Source: Hyaloraphidium curvatum SAG 235-1 | Taxonomy: Eukaryota; Fungi; Monoblepharomycota | Direction: 5' to 3' | Assembly: GCA_025558095.1 (NCBI GenBank) | Contig: JAIVFI010000032.1 | Coordinates: 434,001-498,000 of the forward strand | Length of the DNA stretch: 64,000 bases | Shown here: one piece after another, positions 11,386 through 21,445 of the stretch | Numbering within the stretch: the first letter of the stretch is position 1 | Layout of the letters: the number at the start of each line of letters is the position of its first letter | Made by a program: the position numbers and the translations under genes | Notes under the pieces: generated by a model | The model's database searches: none | Seen by the model: the letters and a program-made list of their open reading frames with translations, nothing else | What the model was told of the DNA's origin: nothing

Positions 11386-12077
11386 GGCTTCGGTGGGGCG
11401 GGAGGGCGGCGGCTCGGGAGGTTTCTTGGCGCAAGGTAGCTCGGAGAATGTCGCGGTGGTGCCGATGCGCCCGTTTGGAGGCCCGCTTATCAAGGGCGCG
11501 CGGTGCTTCTTGGGGCTCAGCAAGTGGACCCTAGTCGGGTCGGCAGCATCAGCGACAGCAATTATGCCGGGTCACATGCTTGCGGCAATCCCACAATGCG
11601 CCATCTGTCCGCAGCTACCGCAGCGGCATTTCCGACTTGACTGGAGCGTGGATTGATGCGGGGATGGCGGGATGGTGGACATGAGCCAAATCCAGCGAGC
11701 GCAGGCATCAGCTGCAACAAAATGCCGGATCCCACGCCTGCGGCAATCCGATCGATGCGGTATATGGCCGCAAGTTGCCGCTGCGGCATCTCGCTGGCTG
11801 GAATGGTGGAAGGGGATGGCGGGATCGAGGAACTCTGCCTGACGCCCGCGAGAGCGCGTCAACGCCGCGCACTCTACAGAACCGGCCAACCGGGCGCGAA
11901 TCCGCGTCTTCAACGTGCCCTGTGGCCGTGGCGGACAAGCATAAAGTGTTCGACATCGTGTAGCGCGGCTTCCGAGCGGAAACATGGGCGCGATTACCCC
12001 CTTCGTGTCACGCGTCGGAGTCGGTCTCGCGCAACCTGGAATCCCGAGGCCTTCCTCGCCCTGCTGCCGCCGTGACC

Positions 12078-14300
12078 ATGACCGCGCAATTCCTTGGCGC
12101 CGTCCTCTACGCCCTCGCCGTGCTCTCCTGCGCCGCGGCCGCCCCTCTCGACCTCGGCCTGCCGAGACCAACATGGCTCCCATCGCGTTTCCCCCTCGCC
12201 CGTTTTTCGCGCCACGCTTCGATGGCGCAGAACGTCCATCTTTACTGGCATCTCGAGAAGGAAGCCGACCGTCTCCTTGTGGGCGTCGCGGCCTCGTTCG
12301 ACCACGAGGCGAAGGGAACCTGGTTGGGTGTCGGGTTGTCCCCCACTGGAGGGATGAAGGCGAGTCGGGGACATGTCTCTCTTGGCGCAGAAATCTTACC
12401 GCCGGCCGCCGTTGTTCATCTTTGTCTTGCAGGGTAGCGACATCGTCGTTGGCTTCACCAAGCACTCGGGGGAGTTCGCCATCCAGAACCGGCACGCGGG
12501 CGGGTTCTACCAGCCTCAACTTAGCGCGCTGCAGTTTGTCGAGCTCGCGTTCGGAACGCAGGAGGGCAACGTGACCGCCTTTGTTTTCTCACGACCCCTC
12601 GCGATCGGGCTGCCACCGTCGTGCTCCGACTCGGACTCTGAGCTTCGCCAGTGGATCAACCCCGACCTCCGCCTTCAGCAATGGATCATCTTCGCCTCGG
12701 GTTCCATGTCTCCGGATCGCTTGGCGCCCATGTACCATGGCCCTGCCGACCGCGGCCAGATCGCCGTCTTTTTCGATGGTCCCGGACCACTCCAAGGCGA
12801 CGACGACTCGACGGAAAAAAAGGTCATCGAGCTGCGGCCTTCCGAGCCAATCAATCTCCCAAGCAACGAGTCCACGGTCTACTGTGAGCCCTTCTTCAAG
12901 ATGCAGACCAACCAGTCCTAAACAGTCCCTGCTTTTAGGCTACACTTACCTCGAACTGCCCAGCGGGGAGCCGTACGACGCGGTCTCCCTGATCCCGATC
13001 CTACCGGCCCGCGACGCCGCAATTGCGATGCGGCCCCATCACTTCATCATCGTGAGTCTCGTTTTGGATCATGCCCGCCAGCGGAAGATGTTCTGAGCTT
13101 CCATCCCGCAGTACAACTGCCGCCGCGAGGACGCACGCCGCAGCGCCGCCGAGCAATTCGCCTCCACCAAGTGCTTTACCCCTGGCCACGGCCCACAGCT
13201 CTACACTCCGTGTGAGCGGGTCTGGGCCGGCTGGGCAACGGGCGGCGGGCCTCTGAAGATGCCGCCGGACGTGGGCATGCCGCTGCCGTCCGCAGTGGTG
13301 CTCGAGACGCACTACGACGGTCACGGCTCGCACGGCGCCGGCGGGGAAGCCGCGGACAACAGCGGCATGAGGATCGAGTACACGCCGGAGCTTCGGCCCA
13401 AGGAGATGTCGGTCATTGAGCTGGGCGTGCTCAACTCGGCAATTTTCGTGCCCGCAGGCCGTGAATCCTATTCGCTGGTTGCTGTCTGTCCCGGGATCTG
13501 CACTGCCGGCTTGAACAGCGGGGTGAAGGTCGCCGCTAACTGGTGAGTTGCTTTGAAGCACGGCGGGGCGGGCAATGAGCTAATTCATACACAGGTTTCA
13601 TATGCATGCCATCGGGTCGGCCGCATCCACGTACCTGCTCCGCCGCCGTGCCAACGGCACGACTTCGCGCATCGACCTCGGCTCCGTGACCGATTTCGAC
13701 AACTCCTACCAGAGTCAGCAACTGCTCTTCCCCGATTCGGCGCCGGAGCTCCTTCCCGGCGACACCGCCGTCAGCACCTTCACCTGGGACTCGCGCTCCC
13801 GTCGTGAGGTCACCCCGGGCGGCCTCAGCACGCAGGAGGAGATGGCGATCAACTTCCTGCACGTGGTGAAGAAGCGCGGCACCGAGGCGGCCGACTTTGG
13901 GCAGTGTTACGCCGCGGAGCCGCTCCAAGACCCCTTCGAAGGCACGCAGGGCGTCTACTGCGACGGTACAGGTGGCGGAGACGGGCCGATCCCGGCGAAA
14001 CTGCCCGAAGGTTGGACTAGGGAGGCCGATCGGGAGGCCAGGTGCTCTGCAGCCCCGGCGAGACCGCCGGCGGCCCACCGACTGCTCTGGCCGAGCGTAT
14101 TCGCTGTTTTCGGCCTGTTCGCGGCGATTGCGTTCGCGATGCTGGCTCTGAGGGAGCTGAGGAGGGGCCGTGTGCGGCTTCCGCTGCGCGATCAGGACGG
14201 CCAGAGCTTGCTTGGGTCGGGCGAAGGCCCCGGCGACACCGAATCCCGGGAACGGGAAGAAGAGAACGCAGTGATCATCGAGCAGCAGAGGAGCGTGTAG
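12078..14300 (+). CDS. DOMON + copper type II ascorbate-dependent monooxygenase (DBH/MOXD1-like), with C-terminal TM; about 4 introns
   Basis: Signal peptide; DOMON WLGVGLSPTGGMK/GSDIVVG; copper ligands PHHF, ETHY, FHMH and GGLSTQEEM; DNSGMRIEYT; C-terminal hydrophobic helix. Confidence 0.88.
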
Positions 14301-14557
14301 ATATCAATTGTAGCTGAAGAAACACAGCTTGGGTGCACGTGATGCTGGGGCCTGGGTCCGGGTGGAAGATCCTTGCCCGCGCTGCGCCTCACTTGCGGGA
14401 GAACACCATCTGCGGCCACAAAAGGGTTGCGGGCCGCACAGGCCCCGGAAGGCTCCCAACCTCTTGTTTTCTTTGCCGTCGCCGCCTCCGTTCAGCGCGC
14501 TCCGCTCCATCTTCTTTGCCGCGGTCGCCGACTCCTTCCGCGCCCGCCGCCGCCACC

Positions 14558-16019
14558 ATGGCGCAGATCCCGACCGATTGCCTGCTCCTTAGCCAGTTCT
14601 TGAATGCCGCCCAGGCCCGCTGGCGCAACCCCGCCGAGCAACCGGCGTGGTACTCGAACTTCTCGCGCTCCTGCTGCGAGCAGCCCGGCGGCGACCGTCG
14701 GCTGCAGGCGCGCTACACCGTGCCCATCGGATCCGAGTCGGCCATCCAGTGCGTGCGGCCCAACGGCTTCATATCGGGCTCGGGAGGCTTCATCAACGGC
14801 GTGCCCGTCGAGAAGTTCACGGAACCCAGGATCATTTCGCTGCAGCTCACGGGCGAGGACATGGACCTCACCGGCGACCTGTCGCGGGTCGGCGTCCCAA
14901 TTCAGGGTATGACGGAGCTCATAAACTTGTGAGACCAAGGCCGCAGCAGGGGAAGACTTCTAGTGCTGACTCTGCCTCCGCAGGGACATCTCCAACTTCA
15001 AGGGCCTCACGGGACCCCTCCCGACCTTCCCCGTCGCCTTGATCAACCTCAACTACCTGATCCTGGCGAACAACTCCCTCTCCGGACCCATCCGGGCCTA
15101 CCCCACCGTCAATCTGCCCCCTAGGATCGAGAATCTGAACCTCGAGAACAACAACTTCTCGGGCGAGGTCCAGATCGTCCTGCCGAACCTCACATACGGG
15201 CCCCAAGTGATCAGCAAGCCTATATTCCAGTGCATGCTGCGCGGAACGACGGGGAACGACGGCATGTGCCTGGGGCCGCATGTGCCGGACACCTGCTACT
15301 CGATCAACCAGGGCTCCACCACCACGCCCCTGCGGAACTGCACCGCGGCCGAGCTGCAGCCGTTCAACCCGCCCCCGGACATCATCACCACGACGACATC
15401 GCGCACGACGACGACGCGGTCGACGACGTCGAGGACCACGACGACGCGCACGACCCTGAGCACCATCTCGACTTCCACGACGACCTCCGTCTCCTCGACG
15501 CCGCCCCCCGGCTCCGTGACGGTCAGCTCCACGTCCTCCGGCACCAGCACTGGGGTCATCGTTGCCTCGGTCCTGATCCCCGTGCTCATCTTCGGCTCCA
15601 TCATTATCACCTGGCTCTGCTGCCGCCGCCGCCGGCGCGCGGCCGCGCAGATGGTCGACGCCTACCCCAAGCCCGTGGATCCTGTGGTCGTCACGGTGCA
15701 GCAGACGTACTACCCGGCGGCCAGCGTGTACCCGGCGCAGGGCTACGGCGTGCAGCCCGGGTACGCTGCCGCGCAGCCCGGCTTCGTGGACACGGCTGCG
15801 GCCCAGGCCGTCCCGGCCGCCCAGCCCGTTGCACCCTATTCGGACCCGTACGACGCCCCGCCGGCGTACACGGACGCGATGGCGGATCCGGCAGTTAGCG
15901 ACGTGGATGCGCTCGTGGCGGCCCTGCCGAACGAGGGATCCTCGTCGGCGCCAGCGGGAGGTTCGTCGGCTCCTGTGGCGGGCACGGCTTCCGCCGACGA
16001 AGTGAAGCCGAAGGAGTGA
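14558..16019 (+). CDS. Leucine-rich-repeat single-pass membrane protein with Ser/Thr stalk; 1 intron
   Basis: LNYLILANNSLSGPI and IENLNLENNNFSGEV LRRs with Cys caps, Thr-rich stalk, TM GVIVASVLIPVLIFGSIIITWL, CCRRRRR, PPAY in the tail. Confidence 0.8.
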
Positions 16020-16293
16020 CGGACAGAAGAGTAACTTGCTTCGGAAGTGGAGCTAGTTTGGACTATGGATATCCTGGTTGAGTAATGCATACGGGGGGGC
16101 TGAGCGTCGAATGGTCGAATGCTACCTCAGCGAGAGAAGAACCGAGTGGATTGAACCTAGATCGACGATCCTCCATTGTCCCTCGACCAGCGAACGAGAT
16201 GCTTGTGCGGACTCGGCTGTTTAGGGCGCGGGGCCGCCGGCCGAAATCTCCGCCCGATTCGAAATCTCACGGCCGACGCGTTCGCTCCAATCT

Positions 16294-17520
16294 ATGCTGC
16301 TCCGCTCTTCTTCCGCGAAGCGTAGCCTCCACGGCGCAGCCGTTGCCGCGCCGGCTCCCGCCCCTGCCCGCGGGAAACGCGCGAAGCTCCAATCCGCGCC
16401 GGAAACTCCACCTCTCGACAACAGCCCCTCAAATGCCCCGACGCCTTCGGCAGACCCCGTGGAACGCGTCGAACCGTCGGGTTCTGGGGCAGCCGATGTT
16501 CCGCTCCTGGACCTCGGGCCCCTGACGCCCGCGATGATCCTCCGCCGCCCGTCGACTGCCATCAAGACTCCCTACGTCGCCGACGTCGTTGTCCTGGACG
16601 GCACCGTCCCTTTCCCCTTCCCCGTGCCGCAAGTCGAGGGCACCGCCAAGGCCAAGCAGGCCGCCATGCAGGCCGCGCTGGACGCCCTCCGCTCCAAGCA
16701 CGGAACGAAGCTCGCCCACGCCCCCGCCCTGGACTGCGCCGGCATCGTCGTCCCCGGCTCGCGGGTGTGGTGCACTCCGAGCTCGGAGAGCTCGCAGACG
16801 GACCTGGCGGTGCAGCTCTGCGAGGAGGCGCGGGAGGACGGGTCGTGGAGCACCGTCGGGTACCACCCCTCGCTCGCGGAGAAGATGTGCGAGGAGATGC
16901 TGGCGAGGGGATCGCTGGCGCCGTACCTGGGGGAGCACACGGAAGTGGGGTCGCAGAAGACGTTCGGCAAGTCCAGGGTGGACTACGTGCTGCTGCACAA
17001 GGACGGGTCGAGGACGCTGCTGGAGGTGAAGAATGCCGTGGGCGCGGACTACCCTGCGGGCCTGGTTCCGGCGACGCGGAGCCCCGTGGGGGTGTACGTG
17101 AGGCCGGCGGAGGGCTTCCGGCGGAGCTCGATCTTTCCTCACGGGAGCAAGAAACCGGGGATCGGGGTGGTGAGCGACAGGGCAATCAAGCACGTACACG
17201 AGCTCGGGGAGCTGCACGGGACCAAAGTCGAAGAGAAGGAGGTCCGGTGCGCCGTTCTCTTCGTGGTCAACAGGTCGGACTGCGAGGCGTTCAGGCCGTG
17301 CCACGAGGCGGACATGCTGTTCGCACAGTGCCTGCTGCGGGCAAAGAACAAGGGGGTGACGCTGATTGCGGTGGCCGTGCGGTGGGAGGGGGGCAAGGCG
17401 TTCATGGACAAGGTTCTGCCCGTCGAGTTTGACGCCTCCGTGAGGGAGGAGGATCTGGACGCGGACTTGCTGGCCAGGGTGCTCAAGTTCAACGAAGAGG
17501 GCGGAGGGAAGAGGAGATGA
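16294..17520 (+). CDS. sfsA: SfsA-family (sugar fermentation stimulation) PD-(D/E)xK nuclease-like protein, intronless
   Basis: N-terminal OB-like segment (PYVADV...LAH..PGSRV), SRVDYVL...LLEVKN, IFP, SDRAIKHVHEL, AVLFVVNRSDCEAFRP. Confidence 0.82.
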   Translation: MLLRSSSAKRSLHGAAVAAPAPAPARGKRAKLQSAPETPPLDNSPSNAPTPSADPVERVEPSGSGAADVPLLDLGPLTPAMILRRPSTAIKTPYVADVVVLDGTVPFPFPVPQVEGTAKAKQAAMQAALDALRSKHGTKLAHAPALDCAGIVVPGSRVWCTPSSESSQTDLAVQLCEEAREDGSWSTVGYHPSLAEKMCEEMLARGSLAPYLGEHTEVGSQKTFGKSRVDYVLLHKDGSRTLLEVKNAVGADYPAGLVPATRSPVGVYVRPAEGFRRSSIFPHGSKKPGIGVVSDRAIKHVHELGELHGTKVEEKEVRCAVLFVVNRSDCEAFRPCHEADMLFAQCLLRAKNKGVTLIAVAVRWEGGKAFMDKVLPVEFDASVREEDLDADLLARVLKFNEEGGGKRR

Positions 17521-17635
17521 CCGTATCTGGTGCCATGATAGGTCTAACGCTGATATTGACCGTGAAGATGAATCCATCGCGGCTTGCACCGGTGAATCCG
17601 GGTGGCGCCTGCCCGCCGCCGACAACAACCACACC

Positions 17636-19560
17636 ATGCCACCCCGCCGCAAGTCCCAGCGCATCGCCGCGCTCGACACCGATGATTCAGGAGCATACGT
17701 CCCCGTTGCACCCATCTCCGGGTCCCTGACGGGCATCCCGGTCGAGGTCCAGCACCAAATCTTCGAGCTCGTCCTTGCCGACGGCGGCCTCGGCGCGGCC
17801 TTCGCGCTCGCCCGGACCTGCAGGGACCTCCTCGTCGCGTTCCGCGGGCTCCCGCTGTGGCGGCGCGTGGCGGAAAGGCACAAGTTCAAGCAGGTGCGGC
17901 GTCCCCCCCGGCGCGGCCGGCGCCAGCTCACCCCCGGCGGCCCTCCCCCAGAGGTCCAAGAAGCTCCCGCTCGACGAGCGGCTGGTGGTGGAGAAACTGC
18001 AGAAGAAGGAGCAGCACCTGTGCCACAACCTCGCCTGCCTCGGGCTCACCAAGCTCCAGTACTTTGTCCCCACGGGACCGGGCCGGGAAGGGCGGTTCTG
18101 CCCGGCATGTCTCGCGGGCCTGTGGGCATTTAATCCCTGGATACGGAAGCAGTCGGGCGCCTCCAAAGAGTGGAAGGACGCAAAGGCCTTGACGAACTCG
18201 GGCAGCCGGCTGAACAAGGGCCGGGTGCTCGAGCTGGGCCTCAAGGACGCGGTCGTGAGGACGATCCCGCACACGGTAGAGTACCGCCGGACTTCGGGAG
18301 GCTACCTGGGCGGCACCGTCGAGTACAGGGAGCACCTCGTGGGTTCCACGGCGGCCATAGGTGGACGTTCATGTTGCTGACTCGGCGTTGCGCGGACAGT
18401 ACAAGCCCACCGACGTCCTCCTGAAGCAGTACCGGCTCTACGGCGGCCAAGGGGGCGTGGATGCCAGGAAGGCCCAGGAAGCGCGGGATCTGCGCAAGAA
18501 GGCCGCGGCGCTGGTGCCGGAGATGCTCGCCGCGGCGAGCGGCAAGCTGGGGATCGACATCGGTTGGACCGGCAATCACCCCGTCTTGGAGGCCATGGAC
18601 AGCTCCTCGAACCCCAAGAAGGCGGCCGAAAAGGCCGTGCTGGATCTCGCGCACGAGGCCGCGGCGCGGGCTCTGGTTCCGGCGGCCCTGCACTTTCCCG
18701 GCGTCGCGTTCGTGCCTGAGCGCCCGCCCGCGCTGGACGCCCTCGAAGCCTGGTACGCCAAGCAAACGGCCCGCAAGGCGGCGCACGAGGAGCTTGACGG
18801 TGCGGCGGCCGCGCAGGTTGCCCGCCTTCAGGCGCGCGCCGCCGATCTCGGCATCGAGTTCGACGTCCTCGGCCGCGTGCTCCCTTCGCTGCGGGTCGGC
18901 TATCTCTGGGATGATCAGAAGCTGGAGGAGCAGATGATGCTGCTTCGCATCGAGAAGGACGCCGGGATCCCCGCCGATGCCGGCACCGGGCTGACCGACA
19001 ACGAGCGCCTCGCGCGCGCCGAGAAGCAGATCGCCGCCCGCCGCACCTCGCCTCCCGACCCCGACTTTTCCCCGCTCCGCGACGACGAGCTGCCCCACCT
19101 CCCCCCGTTGCACCGCGCGGCAATCGACGCCGAGATCCGCCGCACCGCGCAGGAGCTCGCGGACCGCGAGGCCGCGTCGCGGGACCCGGCCGCGCTCCCG
19201 GGGCTCGAGGTCCCCGCCGACGCGCCCGGGAAGCTGGGGATCGGCGCGGCGGTGCTCGCGGGGCTGTGGAGGGGCGCGCTGGCCCGCGCGCTGCGGGGAC
19301 GGTTCGAGGATGCCCGCGCGGCGTGGGAGGCGGCGGAGGGGAGGGGGGAGTTCGGGCCGGGGGAGTGCGCCTCCGCCGTGCCCGCGCTCGCGCCCTTTGC
19401 CGAGCTCGTGCGGGAGTACCCCGTTGCCCCGCCGAAGCCGGCGGACGGGGACAGGAGCTACTACTGCTCCAAGTGCGGGTACTATTCGAGGCAGCTGACG
19501 ACGTACAAGGAGCTCGAGCTGCGGCACGGATGTGGGGAGGAGTGGATCAAGAAGAAGTAG
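17636..19560 (+). CDS. F-box-like protein with Cys-rich segments; 2 introns
   Basis: SLTGIPVEVQHQIFELV...LARTCRDL...LWRR F-box pattern; CHNLAC...CPAC and terminal CSKC; GT-AG introns at about 17894-17952 and 18339-18399. Confidence 0.65.
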
Positions 19561-19696
19561 CGCAGAAGCGGCGCAGCGAGACCAATGGGGGCCAGAGGTG
19601 TTTCAGCAATCAGCAAACGACCGTGACGCGAGCAACCAGGGCAGAGCCTCCAACCAGTCCCCTTCCAGTCCCCCTCCAATCACAGCAACCATCCCG

Positions 19697-20842
19697 TCAT
19701 CGCAATCCCTTCCTCTCCAACCACTCCGAAATCAGATTCGCCACCTCGTCCGGCCGCTCCAACGCGGGGCACACCCCGGCCCCCTCGAGCTCCCTCTCCT
19801 CCAGATCGGCGCACAGCCGCCTCATGTCCGCCCTGTTTGCCTCGCTCGCGAACCTCTGCCACGTGCCCGCGGCGAACATCACCGGGCACGCGATCCCGTG
19901 CGGCACGCCCCTCATTTCCTGGACGGTGTTGGCCTCGGCGTTCCACCACCCGATCGGGCCCGCCGTGCCGCCGATGGACCGCAGCCACGCGACGAGGAAC
20001 GCCTCGTCCTGCGGGGACAGCAGCGGGCTGGGTGCCACGCCCGCTTCGAGAATCCTGAGGGCCGCGGTGCGGTCGCGGATGTCCACGGCCGAGAGGCGGC
20101 GCACAACGGCGAACTCGGCCTCGCCGCCGCCGCGGAGGAAGCACCGCAGGACGAATTCGGGGTGCGCGTCCGAGTCGGCGACGGCGAAGCGCGATTGGTA
20201 GTAGGATTTGAAGCCCAGCAGGGGGTCGGCTTTGGCGGCCAGCAGGGCGACGGGGATGTAGATGGCCGCGGGCGGCTGGTACGGCACCGAGAGGAGCACC
20301 AGACCCGCGGCGAGGTCCGGGCGGAGCAGGGCAAAGTGCGAGGCGGGGATCGTGCCCCAGTTCTGGCCCACGACGACGGCGCGCGGCACGCACAGGTAGG
20401 CCAGCAGGGCCGCAAAGTCGTCGGCCAGCCCGCGCACCGAGTACGGCGCCTGACCCCCGGGGCCGTAGCCGCGCAGCGTGGGGCAGATTGCGCGCAGGCC
20501 GCGGGCCGCGAGCGCGGGGATCAGGCGGGCGTACGCGTGGGGGCCGGTCGGGAAGTCGTGGACGAGGAGCAGCGGCGGCGCGCCCGGCCGCCCGCCGCCG
20601 GTGTCGACAAAGTGCAGCGCGCGCCCGCCAAAGTCGAAGGTCTGCAGCGGCAGCCCGGCGGCGGCCTGCAGCTGCGCGGGCGTCCACGGCGGGGGATGGG
20701 AGAGCGGCCGGCCGGGTGGGCCGCGGGCCTCGTCCCCCGCGGGCACTACTGGCACCGCCGCCGACGACGGGTTCGAGAGGAACGACGAGTCGTCGGAGAC
20801 CGTGGTCGCGTCCGTGCTAAAGTCGGATCCGGCGTCGGACAT
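19697..20842 (-). CDS. Epoxide-hydrolase-like alpha/beta hydrolase with degenerate catalytic residues
   Basis: LLLVHDFP, PTLRGYG, VVVGQNWG, ALLRPD, LSVPY, LERPDEV follow the soluble epoxide hydrolase pattern. Confidence 0.8.
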   Translation of the reverse strand: MSDAGSDFSTDATTVSDDSSFLSNPSSAAVPVVPAGDEARGPPGRPLSHPPPWTPAQLQAAAGLPLQTFDFGGRALHFVDTGGGRPGAPPLLLVHDFPTGPHAYARLIPALAARGLRAICPTLRGYGPGGQAPYSVRGLADDFAALLAYLCVPRAVVVGQNWGTIPASHFALLRPDLAAGLVLLSVPYQPPAAIYIPVALLAAKADPLLGFKSYYQSRFAVADSDAHPEFVLRCFLRGGGEAEFAVVRRLSAVDIRDRTAALRILEAGVAPSPLLSPQDEAFLVAWLRSIGGTAGPIGWWNAEANTVQEMRGVPHGIACPVMFAAGTWQRFASEANRADMRRLCADLEERELEGAGVCPALERPDEVANLISEWLERKGLR

Positions 20843-21445
20843 TGCGACGCGGGCGACAGGAGAACCTGTAGGGATCAGGGACCTCTCGGCATGTCCAAAA
20901 GCGCCCGAACCACCCGTCTTCGACGGCAAAGCCCGCTGGATTACCCCTAAATCCATCGGATCAGGCCTCTGGCTACTGTGTCGTCTTGTCGTGCGCCTTC
21001 GCAGTAGAATCGCGCTCGTCAAACTCGTGAGTCAACGTTTCACTTTCCGACCCAGCGCAACGCGGACCCATCCCGTGACCTCCCTGTGATAGCTTGTCCG
21101 CCATAATGCCAGGGATCCGTGGATGATGGACCGCTCACGTCTGCTTCGACCCCGACAGGCTCGATGCCGCCGATCACTCGTCGTTTCCGGCGACGGCGAG
21201 GCCCGGGCGTCAGCATAGGGCCGAGCAGGCAGGAGCGAGATCTGCTGGCAAAGAGATGCCTTATTCGCATTCGCAATCGTCCTCCGTTTTGCGAGTGAGT
21301 CACCCTCCAGGATCGGCGAATGCCGCAGGCCGGCTTGTTGATGTGTGGCGGAGCAGCGTCCGAAAAGTCAGTCAGTCACAAACACCCCAGGCATTCCCAC
21401 TCCCCGGTCTGTTCCCCGGTCAAGGAGTGGAACGTGGGCCGCACG

